From NCBI GenBank assembly GCA_002328865.1, contig DCWO01000139.1, positions 27,633-91,632 of the forward strand: a stretch of DNA of 64,000 nucleotides. The letters are read 5' to 3'. The notes under the pieces are model-generated. The model worked only from the letters and a program-made list of their open reading frames with translations, was not told where the DNA came from and did not search any database. Below, one piece after another: positions 1 through 7,500 of the stretch (positions are counted from its first letter, which is position 1; each line of letters starts with the position of its first letter). The stretch comes from Dehalococcoidia bacterium UBA2160. GTDB lineage: Bacteria > Chloroflexota > Dehalococcoidia > Lucifugimonadales > UBA1123. Made by a program: the position numbers and the translations under genes.

Positions 1-1080
1 GTCTGTGTCGAACAGGACGTTGGCCTCGGCTAGGCGAACCTGCTTCGCGTGCAGCGCGAGTAGCTGCTCCACCGCATCGTGCGCCGACCGGAATCCACCG
101 GAATCCTCGGCCTCTTCGCCGGAGATGATGAGGGGCGTCCGGTCCTGGTCGATGAGCACGTGATCCGCCTCGTCGACGATGACCGTGTCGAGTGGTCCCT
201 GCACGGGCAGCTCAGGCGGCAGTCTGAGGTTGTCCCGAAGGTAGTCGAAGCCGATCTCCCTGGCGGTGGAGTAAACCACTTGGCGCCCGTACGCGAGCCG
301 GCGTTCGTCGTCTTCCATCGAAGACAGGACGGCGTCGACGCTGATGCCAAGCGACGAGTAGACCGGAGTCAGCCAATCAGCGTCTCGCTGGGCCAGGTAG
401 TCGTTGGCCGTGACGACGTGAACCGACCTTCCCGAAGACGCGGCAACTATCGCAGCCAGCCCCGCCGAGACCGTCTTCCCCTCACCCGCATCCATCTCCA
501 CGATGGCGCCACGGAGCAGCAGCGCGGCTGAGATCGTCTGCTCTCGGGTCGGGGTGAATCGCAGCTCTGAGCCGGCGTCCAACGCGGCGAGCGCTTCGTA
601 AAATGACCCTGGCAGCGCGACGTCCGCCGGTTGGATGGTTTCAAGCATCTCGCGACCGCGCACGATTCCTCGCATAACCTCGCGTTCTTCTGCTGGCAGC
701 GAGAGATCATCGAAGACCTGGCTTGCGCGGGTCGCAGGCTCGTTGGCCAATTCGTAGCAATGAAGGAGCGAGTCGGGGACCTGTTCCCGGTCGAACGCCC
801 GCCACGCCCCCAGACGCCGCTCCATGGCGACGCCGGCTAGGGTGAGCGCTTGTGAGATCGATGCGAGGGATTCTGGGCGTCGTGAGACGGCCTGCAACTC
901 TGATCGGAGCTCAGCGTCCGACAGACGACGGCAGTCGGGACCGGCTGCGTCAGCGAGGTCGGCGCAACGAGCAGCCCGTCGCAAAGCTCGCTCATCCGGC
1001 GACGCGGAACGCTCGCGCAGCCAACCTGGCAGCGCGGTCGCCCCTTTGATGAGATCAATTGTTTCTCGCAGTATGCTCAC
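1..1080 (-). CDS. SecA-like DEAD-motor ATPase, N-terminal 360 codons (gene continues past the left window edge)
   Basis: Not in the ORF track because there is no stop inside the window. Found by translating the reverse complement from GTG at 1080 (VSILRETIDLIKGATALPGW...). SecA NBD1 hallmarks occur in order: IVEMDAGEGKTVSAGLAA (Walker A), HVVTANDYLAQRDADW, YSTAREIGFDYLRDNL, VIVDEADHVLIDQDRTPLIISG (DEAD box). An in-frame stop lies upstream at 1147-1149. GTG 1080 is the first start and lies 10 nt after the stop of the upstream gene. Confidence 0.85.
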   Translation of the reverse strand, partial: MSILRETIDLIKGATALPGWLRERSASPDERALRRAARCADLADAAGPDCRRLSDAELRSELQAVSRRPESLASISQALTLAGVAMERRLGAWRAFDREQVPDSLLHCYELANEPATRASQVFDDLSLPAEEREVMRGIVRGREMLETIQPADVALPGSFYEALAALDAGSELRFTPTREQTISAALLLRGAIVEMDAGEGKTVSAGLAAIVAASSGRSVHVVTANDYLAQRDADWLTPVYSSLGISVDAVLSSMEDDERRLAYGRQVVYSTAREIGFDYLRDNLRLPPELPVQGPLDTVIVDEADHVLIDQDRTPLIISGEEAEDSGGFRSAHDAVEQLLALHAKQVRLAEANVLFDTD

Positions 1081-1090
1081 GTGCGTCCCG

Positions 1091-2431
1091 TCAACCGTGG
1101 CTTTGACCGCTCGTCCTGGACTTGGGCGCCGCGTTCGGAGTCGGCTTCAGAGGCCTGCGCACTGACGAAGGCGCCATGCCCGCCCGCAGCGCGGCCATCA
1201 CGCCCGCAGCTTCCCAGTAATTGTCGACGACGTACAACTGCCCGGTGTCCCAGGGCAACCGAGCCAGGTCGTTTCGCATAACGTTCCGGTTCTCGCGCAC
1301 CGCGATCACCGGGATGCCTTGCTCCAGGGCCGCGAGGGTCGGAAGGCCGATGCAGCCGTCCGGGATGACCAGGCACGACACGTCCGCGGCGGTGATCACA
1401 CCGGGCATTTTCATCGCGTCGCCGTCCGATACGATTCGAGGAGAGCGCTGCAAGCCCTTGAGCACGCACTGAAGGAACGTGTTAGAGATGACCTCAGCCG
1501 CCATGCGGGGATCGACCACGCCCGGGTCCACGTTCGCGACCTCGTCCGACTCCATCATGGGCGCGTGCGCGGTCGGCACGTCGTAGATGCACGATGCCGT
1601 ATGAGTCAGCAGTGCCTCGACGCCGCCCCAGGGATTGATCATCTCCCCGCCGCTGGTGAAATAGTCCATGTGGTAGGGCATGGGAACGTCGATCACGGAG
1701 GCGATGGCCACGGCGTCGAAACTGCCTTCCCAAACGTCGAAGGCGTTGACCAACCCTTCGAACCCCTCGACTTCGCCGGTGGCGCGCCCGGAGTCCGAGT
1801 AGTGGCTGATCAGCCGAAGGGGCCGATCCAATACCGCCGTGCCTGCTATGTCCAACCCGTACGTGGCATGAGCGGCGTTGACAGCGTTGACGGTCGAGGT
1901 CACCCACTTGGGATCGTGGTCGGCGTCAATGGCGACCAACACGCGGTTCGAGCGCATCTTTCGCAGACCGGCGGTCCCCATCATCAGTCTGGAGAGCACG
2001 CTGCCTTCGACATACAGGCCGTTGTCGGGCATTTCGTTGATGTCGGATGCGTTGACCACGTTTGGGTGGGTGATCAGCGTCTCGCAGACCTCGGCGAGCA
2101 TGCGAGCCACGGGCGTTGCGTCGCCGGAGTGCCCGCCGATCTCGGCGCCGATGCCGGTTGGCACGATGAACACCGCGGTGAACGAATCGGTGTTCTCCCA
2201 GGGACGCTTCGAGAAGTCGAAAATCGAGGCTATGGACGGCAGGCGTTCGGAGTCGGTCCGCTCAATCAATCCGACTTCGCACTCGAATCTATTGTCCGAC
2301 GATTCGCTGACAACGAACCGTACGGGCACGCGATCGTCGCCCAAAGCGTCGGCTACACCTGCACGGGCGCGATCAAGGACGTCGTCGCCCCACGGGTTCG
2401 GGATCGTCAACTCTCGTTCAGCTAACCGCAA
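1091..2431 (-). CDS. conserved hypothetical protein, possibly DUF3326-family (TGIGAEIGGHSGDA motif)
   Basis: 446-aa ORF with non-biased composition. It overlaps the upstream decarboxylase gene by 14 nt (TTG start at 2431; an alternative TTG lies about 2410). The motif FIVPTGIGAEIGGHSGDA matches my recollection of DUF3326. The family name is from memory only and is unverified. Confidence 0.8.
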   Translation of the reverse strand: MRLAERELTIPNPWGDDVLDRARAGVADALGDDRVPVRFVVSESSDNRFECEVGLIERTDSERLPSIASIFDFSKRPWENTDSFTAVFIVPTGIGAEIGGHSGDATPVARMLAEVCETLITHPNVVNASDINEMPDNGLYVEGSVLSRLMMGTAGLRKMRSNRVLVAIDADHDPKWVTSTVNAVNAAHATYGLDIAGTAVLDRPLRLISHYSDSGRATGEVEGFEGLVNAFDVWEGSFDAVAIASVIDVPMPYHMDYFTSGGEMINPWGGVEALLTHTASCIYDVPTAHAPMMESDEVANVDPGVVDPRMAAEVISNTFLQCVLKGLQRSPRIVSDGDAMKMPGVITAADVSCLVIPDGCIGLPTLAALEQGIPVIAVRENRNVMRNDLARLPWDTGQLYVVDNYWEAAGVMAALRAGMAPSSVRRPLKPTPNAAPKSRTSGQSHG

Positions 2432-3605
2432 CCTGACTTGCTCCGTTCCTGGCGGCGAAATCGCCGTAGCTAGTTGACTGTAGTAGAGTCAACTCTCCCG
2501 ATTCAAGCATCGCGTAGGCGTCGGGAAGGTTGATTCCGTTGAACGTGTGAGCCTTGGGTTGTGTGTACGCTCCCATGCCAAGGATCGCGACCCTGCTGCC
2601 CGGCGTCAGCGGCTCTTCGAATCGGTAGTCGCCCAGAACGTCTCCGGCGAGGCATGACCTGCCGGCCAGTATGTATCTGTGCGACCCGTCCGGCGCATAG
2701 TCGAGGACATCCGGTTCGTATTGGTACTCGAAGACCTCGGGCATGTGGTTCACGGAGGTGTCGAGCACGGCGACGTCGACCCCTCCGCTGTCGAACACGT
2801 CGAGGACCGTGCTGACGATGAAACCTGCGTCGGCGACGAACGCGGCCCCGGGTTCGATGAATATCTCGATCTCCCGGTCGCTCCTCAGCAACGCGGAGGC
2901 GTCGTTGAGCGGAGCAAAATCGGTGGCTGAGCCAAAGGTGTAGCCTCCGCCAAGGTTCACCCAATCCATTCGGTCGAGGAGCAGCCCGAGCCGGTCGTCG
3001 ACTGCTGACGCCGTTGCGAACAGATCGAGAAGGTCGTCGGATTCGCAGTTTGTGTGCATGAGCAGCCCTTGAGCCACCGCGGAGATGTCGTGGGATCCGT
3101 GTTCGGCCGCGATGATCCGCTCGATAGGCGCTCCGAGTTTCGAGTGCCTACGACAGGGATCGTACCTTTCATCCGAAACGAACGAAATGCCCGGATTCAG
3201 TCGCAGGCCGGGGCTTGTCAGGTCCGGCGTCTCCGGTCCGTACCGCTCCAACTGGCCGATCGAGTTGAATGAGATGTAGTCGCAGCTTCGCCCTATCTCG
3301 GCGAACTCATGCTCGGCGACGGCAACTCCGTAGTAGTGGACCTTGCGCGAGTCGCCCAGGACCTGCCGCGCAAGCCGGATTTCGAAGGGCGAGCTGGCGG
3401 TAAACCCGGTCACGTGCGCCGCCAGCTCCTCCATGACCCACGATAGCGTGCACGGCTTCATGGCGTACAGGAGCGACACGCCGGCATCGTCGGTTGCGGC
3501 GCGGATTCGTCTGGCCGAGTCAGACAACTCAGCCTGAGAGAACACCAGCGCCGGCGTCTCCGGGACGGCGGCCAACGCCGCACGGATTTCAGCAGTGTCT
3601 AGCAT
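2418..3605 (-). CDS. nspC: carboxynorspermidine/carboxyspermidine decarboxylase family PLP enzyme (NspC/CANSDC homolog)
   Basis: 395-aa ORF, collinear with my recollection of Vibrio NspC along its whole length. Shared segments: YAMKPCTLSWV (PLP-Lys region), TASSPFEIRLA, ISFNSIGQL, GLRLNPGISF, HSKLG, LMHTNCES, MDWVNLGGG, IFIEPGAAF, GRSCLAGD, FEEPLTPGSRV, GAYTQPKAHTFNGINLP. Confidence 0.9.
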   Translation of the reverse strand: MLDTAEIRAALAAVPETPALVFSQAELSDSARRIRAATDDAGVSLLYAMKPCTLSWVMEELAAHVTGFTASSPFEIRLARQVLGDSRKVHYYGVAVAEHEFAEIGRSCDYISFNSIGQLERYGPETPDLTSPGLRLNPGISFVSDERYDPCRRHSKLGAPIERIIAAEHGSHDISAVAQGLLMHTNCESDDLLDLFATASAVDDRLGLLLDRMDWVNLGGGYTFGSATDFAPLNDASALLRSDREIEIFIEPGAAFVADAGFIVSTVLDVFDSGGVDVAVLDTSVNHMPEVFEYQYEPDVLDYAPDGSHRYILAGRSCLAGDVLGDYRFEEPLTPGSRVAILGMGAYTQPKAHTFNGINLPDAYAMLESGELTLLQSTSYGDFAARNGASQVAVS

Positions 3606-3638
3606 CGAGTCTCCGAGCCTTAATAGACCTGTAATTTA

Positions 3639-5159
3639 TCACACCGGCGGCTTCGGGTTCTTGCCAAGTCCGATCAACACAAGGCCCGCCTGATGACCGG
3701 CGCCTTCGAAGTAGTCGTATCTCTCCAACAAATGGTCCCGGCTGTCTTCGATAGCATCCGCGACGCTCGGCGTTCGGCGTCGCAGATCGCGGCCGAGCGG
3801 GGAGTCGAGAGACCAGGACGGGCTGATCTCCAACGGCAACCCCTCCGGCTCGCACGCTGTGGCGTACTGTTGTTTGAGCGATTCAAACTCATCCTCGCTC
3901 TCATATACGACCGGTGTGACGAACACCGATTCATCGATGTACAGGCCCAGCTCGTTGTCGAACACCTGAACCAGGTCGATCTCCGGCACGAGGTTCTCCA
4001 TCGCGTAGTACAAATCTTCAACGAGGCTTTGATCGGCCCGGTGGTAGTAGAACTGTTCACTGACCTCGGCCATCCGGACGGGCAGCGGTTTCTTCTGAGA
4101 ATAGTCCAGGTATTCCGATGCCTCCGCGCCTTCGACAAACAGGAACGGTATGTTCCCGTTTGTGGCGTCCACAAGCAACTCCACGCCATCCAGATCGTAG
4201 AGCAGCGCGACGTGTTGCCAGTAGCGCATGTGCCGCTTGGAGAACGAGTAGTCGAAGGTGTCCAGAATCTGGCGCAACGCGTCCTCGGGCGGTGGTTTTG
4301 GGATGCCGGGGCCCGATAGCACATAGCTCGACTCGAGTCCGAGGCCGTCGGTCAGGAACTTGAGCGCTTGGACCTTTTCGGAGCATATCCCGCCTCGGCC
4401 TTCGGCGACGCTGAACACGGTTTCGTCGCCGGTCTTGTACCGGAGTTTGTTTCCAGTGAACCGGGAGTAACTCTCGAAATCGGCGCGCCAAATGCGCTTG
4501 GCAAGGCAGCGGACGAGCTCAGTCGAAGCCTCGCGGGATCCCAGGGCCAAGATCTCATCGTGCTTCGAACCGCGATGGGTCTGCGACACCGTGTCGTTCA
4601 CGAAGTCCTCGAAGAACGAGCGGTTTCGATCCCATCGACGCCGGTGAAACCCGGCCCAGTTGCGAGCGTAGCCTGCTGGCCCGCGATCGAAGGTCAGCGC
4701 TATGACTTCGATGGGGACGCCATCCGCCACAATCCTGGCCACTCTCGGCGTATCCGATGCGCCAAGCGGTTTGTCGTATTGGAGTATCGAGGAGTTCGGA
4801 ATCGGGTGCGTGAGCCGTCCCGCGTCTGTGAGCACGTAGCTGGCATCCTGGAGCGCCAACAACGACTGGGCAGAGGACGCCGACATGCGCTGCTGCGCCA
4901 CGAGAGTGTCCACCGGGCAGTAGCGAAGGTGCTTGTCGACGAGGGCGCCAACGGTTAGCCGCACGTCTTCGGGCTCGATTCGGATCGCAGACGTGCGATC
5001 GGTGAGGGCGTCGGTCATCTGGACGAACACTGGCGGTCGAGTGTCCGAACCGCGTGGAAGGTCACGCCGGGTCGATTCCGCTGAACTTTGCTGCTCCATG
5101 GGCCCCTGCACCGGCTCAAACTGGTACGAGCCAATTATACAGATGAGGCGGCGAGACAT
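3639..5159 (-). CDS. hypothetical protein with putative transglutaminase-like (papain-fold) Cys-His-Asp core
   Basis: 506-aa ORF, first gene of the operon, 33 nt upstream of the decarboxylase gene. GRGGICSEKVQALKFL (Cys), then His 57 aa later in RYWQHVALLY, then Asp 15 aa later in LLVDATNG. This spacing is typical of transglutaminase-like cores. The true start may be an internal Met (MEQQSS or MTDAL). Confidence 0.75.
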   Translation of the reverse strand: MSRRLICIIGSYQFEPVQGPMEQQSSAESTRRDLPRGSDTRPPVFVQMTDALTDRTSAIRIEPEDVRLTVGALVDKHLRYCPVDTLVAQQRMSASSAQSLLALQDASYVLTDAGRLTHPIPNSSILQYDKPLGASDTPRVARIVADGVPIEVIALTFDRGPAGYARNWAGFHRRRWDRNRSFFEDFVNDTVSQTHRGSKHDEILALGSREASTELVRCLAKRIWRADFESYSRFTGNKLRYKTGDETVFSVAEGRGGICSEKVQALKFLTDGLGLESSYVLSGPGIPKPPPEDALRQILDTFDYSFSKRHMRYWQHVALLYDLDGVELLVDATNGNIPFLFVEGAEASEYLDYSQKKPLPVRMAEVSEQFYYHRADQSLVEDLYYAMENLVPEIDLVQVFDNELGLYIDESVFVTPVVYESEDEFESLKQQYATACEPEGLPLEISPSWSLDSPLGRDLRRRTPSVADAIEDSRDHLLERYDYFEGAGHQAGLVLIGLGKNPKPPV

Positions 5160-5448
5160 GCCTCACCGTCGCGAATCACACGAGGTGCGGCGCAAGGCGG
5201 TGTGGTCGGTAAGGGAGTGTCCGTGAGGCGGAATGAGGAGCGGCGATCTCGTGGCTGCGACTATGGCGTCAAAGGCATGCCGAATACACATAGGGCGCAC
5301 TTGATCGGACTACACCGTTGAAAGAGACCTGGCGCCGCCACACGCCCCGCGCGCTGGGCAGGAGAATCACGCGGAACGCGAGCGACGCCCGGTGGAGAGA
5401 TTCTGGTTCGTCGTTCGATTCTATGGCGACCGTGGCGGTCGCTCCGGG

Positions 5449-5730
5449 TTATGCTGACTTGGTTTCGTTAATTCGCGCTCGGCAAGAAGGGCAGCCGCAT
5501 TGCTTCGGCTCTCGCAGCATGTCGCGGAAGATTAGCTGGACCATCTCTTTCTCGGTTAACCTAAACGAACTGCCGATAGCGACGAACTCGATCAGTCGGG
5601 TGCTCTTGTCGGCCTGTTCGGCCTCGCTCAGTTCTTCGCCGTGGAGCAGGTTCTTTTTCGCGTAACCCTTGAGCGCCTTGAGATGCTCGGCAACCGCGTC
5701 ACGTGGATCGTTCAGCTCAGTGTGCGTCAT
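5449..5730 (-). CDS. small hypothetical protein (93 aa) with C-terminal CGCPSC motif
   Basis: ORF with balanced, helix-like composition (MTHTELNDPRDAVAEHLKALKGYAKK...). Same strand as the downstream operon and 290 nt upstream of it. No family recognised. Confidence 0.5.
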   Translation of the reverse strand: MTHTELNDPRDAVAEHLKALKGYAKKNLLHGEELSEAEQADKSTRLIEFVAIGSSFRLTEKEMVQLIFRDMLREPKQCGCPSCRARINETKSA

Positions 5731-6113
5731 GTCTCGTCTCCTGCCTGTTCGTCAAGGAGCTTGCCTTGGCTTCCACTAGAGGCTAGATACACGTTCGGCG
5801 CTCCTGCCCAAACCGCGACGGTGGGTGGGACCACTAAGGATTATCTGCATACATCCCTTTATTTTTCGTAGGGTACTTGTACATAGTATTCGACGAATTG
5901 TCGTTGGACGCCGAATGCGAACTCCGATTTTGGGCAGAGCGTCAAGCGACCGGTTTGTAGCTGGGAGCGAATTCAGAACATGACGAATGGGCGCTGCGGG
6001 GTGAAGCGGGTTCGCAAGGACAAGACGAACTGCCCAGGCGATGTCCGTCAGGCAGTTTCAGTGGATCTGAACCCGATGGCGTCGTCGTCCTGATGACTGC
6101 CCGTCGAGGAGGT

Positions 6114-6365
6114 CTAGAAGTAAAATCCGGGTTCTTCCTCGAAGTCGGGAAGATGGTTGGCCAATCGCCAAACGTTGGCGGCAGCCGAGACGACGGATTC
6201 GTGGGCGTTGTGAGCTTCGGATTCGCCCCACAGCTCGGCGGCGCGGCGCTCCATTTCCCTTCTGATCTCAGCCTCGGTGGTTGCAGTTCGTTCGTTTGAT
6301 CGCGTCACGGCAGCCCTCTCGCGCGCAAACGCGGGTACATCTCCCGCGTTCCGAATTGACACCAA
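6114..6365 (-). CDS. small hypothetical protein (start uncertain)
   Basis: 83-aa ORF with a TTG start that overlaps the consensus rpmH promoter. An internal GTG or ATG (MERRAAELWGESEAHN...) is a more plausible start. No family recognised. Confidence 0.35.
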   Translation of the reverse strand: MVSIRNAGDVPAFARERAAVTRSNERTATTEAEIRREMERRAAELWGESEAHNAHESVVSAAANVWRLANHLPDFEEEPGFYF

Positions 6366-6385
6366 TTTTTGGGAATCATTATAAT
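6356..6385 (+). promoter_or_regulatory. sigma-70-type promoter for rpmH (TTGACA - 18 nt - TATAAT)
   Basis: Perfect -35 TTGACA at 6356-6361, an 18-nt spacer, and perfect -10 TATAAT at 6380-6385, 25 nt upstream of the rpmH ATG. Confidence 0.6.
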
Positions 6386-6410
6386 CGTTAGGTATGTGAG
6401 GTAGCCATCA

Positions 6411-6548
6411 ATGCCAAAGAGAACTTATCAGCCACGAAAACGCCGTCGGGCCAGGGTCCACGGCTTCCGATCGAGAATGAGATCACGAGACGGCCGCAAC
6501 GTAATTAAGCGACGCATGTTCAAGGGACGAAGTAGACTTACTGTTTGA
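6411..6548 (+). CDS. rpmH: 50S ribosomal protein L34
   Basis: Too short for the ORF track; self-translated as [45 protein letters not shown] (45 aa). This is the canonical L34 sequence. Confidence 0.95.
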   Translation: MPKRTYQPRKRRRARVHGFRSRMRSRDGRNVIKRRMFKGRSRLTV

Positions 6549-6643
6549 TTCTTCGAACCCCCCGAGTCCTGCGCGTCCCTTTTTTGGGCCGCGCGGTATA
6601 ATCAGCGCGCCTGAAGGCGGGGACTGGCTTTTGCCAGGCGCCT

Positions 6644-6976
6644 ATGCAGAGAGAACGCCGTCTGAGAAAGTCGAGCGATTTTGCTGCTGCGCGACGACAC
6701 GGTCGGAGTTGGGCGGACCCGCTGCTCGTGTTGATCGCTCGGCGCAACGGCGCGGACGCCAGCCGATTCGGATTCGCCGTGGGCCGCCGCGTTGGCAACG
6801 CCGTTGTCCGCAATCAGATCAAGCGGCGTCTGCGCGCATTGACGCGCCCTGTCGACATCGCGGATGGGTGGGACTTGTTGTTCATCGCCCGGCAAGGCGC
6901 CGCCAACTCGAGCTTTTCGGAACTGGCGAGGGCCGTGTCGAGACTTCTCAAACGTTCCCGCGTAGCGAGTTTGTGA
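6644..6976 (+). CDS. rnpA: ribonuclease P protein component
   Basis: 110 aa with [24 protein letters not shown]...[23 protein letters not shown], the typical RnpA motif region. It sits directly after rpmH. Confidence 0.9.
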   Translation: MQRERRLRKSSDFAAARRHGRSWADPLLVLIARRNGADASRFGFAVGRRVGNAVVRNQIKRRLRALTRPVDIADGWDLLFIARQGAANSSFSELARAVSRLLKRSRVASL

Positions 6977-7019
6977 CAAAACGCATGACGTTCTCAAACC
7001 GACCGTGGCGGCTTCCGAC

Positions 7020-7229
7020 ATGAAGAGACTCGCTCTCGGCGCCGTAAGGTTGTACCAACTAGTCCTGTCTCCGTACTGGCCTGGGGCTTGCAGGCATACG
7101 CCGACTTGTTCCCACTACGCCACCGAGGCAATACAGAAACACGGCGCCGGCAAAGGAGTCTGGCTGACCGTCGGTCGGCTGGGCCGATGCCGCCCATTTG
7201 GCACAAGCGGATACGATCCGGTGCCGTGA
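7020..7229 (+). CDS. yidD: membrane protein insertion efficiency factor YidD
   Basis: [69 protein letters not shown] is the full YidD signature. The track ORF begins at GTG 7005; ATG 7020 is preferred. Confidence 0.9.
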   Translation: MKRLALGAVRLYQLVLSPYWPGACRHTPTCSHYATEAIQKHGAGKGVWLTVGRLGRCRPFGTSGYDPVP

Positions 7230-7500
7230 ACTGCGAAATCGAAGATTTGCGGCGCGTCGATGGCGCCGCGTTGTGACAAGGATTGGCGTCGAATGCGCAC
7301 TCAACCGACTTACATATTGAAGCATGCTGCGGCTCTGAAAGAACTGACAAGGCCGAAGAACGGCTCAATTGACCAGGCGATTTGCTGCCGTCGCATGACA
7401 AAATGAAGCAGCGAACGGTATCGGCCTGAATGTTCAGAAGACTTAATGCTGTGTGGGGCATCGACGGCAGTCGCCCCACCGAGATATTGGAATCGTTCGG

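Noticed and set aside
1319-2425. 368-aa plus-strand ORF antisense to the DUF3326-like gene. Similar long antisense ORFs occur at 9991-11052, 19555-20433, 20333-21118, 24181-25317, 25799-27268, 41919-42869, 46692-47582, 53591-54595, 55478-56347, 57559-58707, 61280-62167 and 62482-63312.
   Set aside because: All of them lie fully opposite genes with clear family motifs. They have Arg/Gly/His/Pro-rich, low-complexity-like composition typical of stop-free antisense frames in GC-rich DNA, and they show no recognisable motifs.
5840-6080. DnaA boxes / oriC assignment
   Set aside because: I found only 6-7 of 9 matches to TTATCCACA (TTATCTGCA, AGTGGATCT) and no cluster. dnaA and dnaN are not in the window. 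It is reported only as a low-confidence hypothesis, not as a feature.
6549-6643. TATAAT word and GC hairpin (gcgcg-gtataatca-gcgcgc) between rpmH and rnpA, considered as an internal promoter or attenuator
   Set aside because: There is no acceptable -35 element at 16-19 nt, and the stem is short. rpmH and rnpA are normally co-transcribed. This is too weak to annotate.
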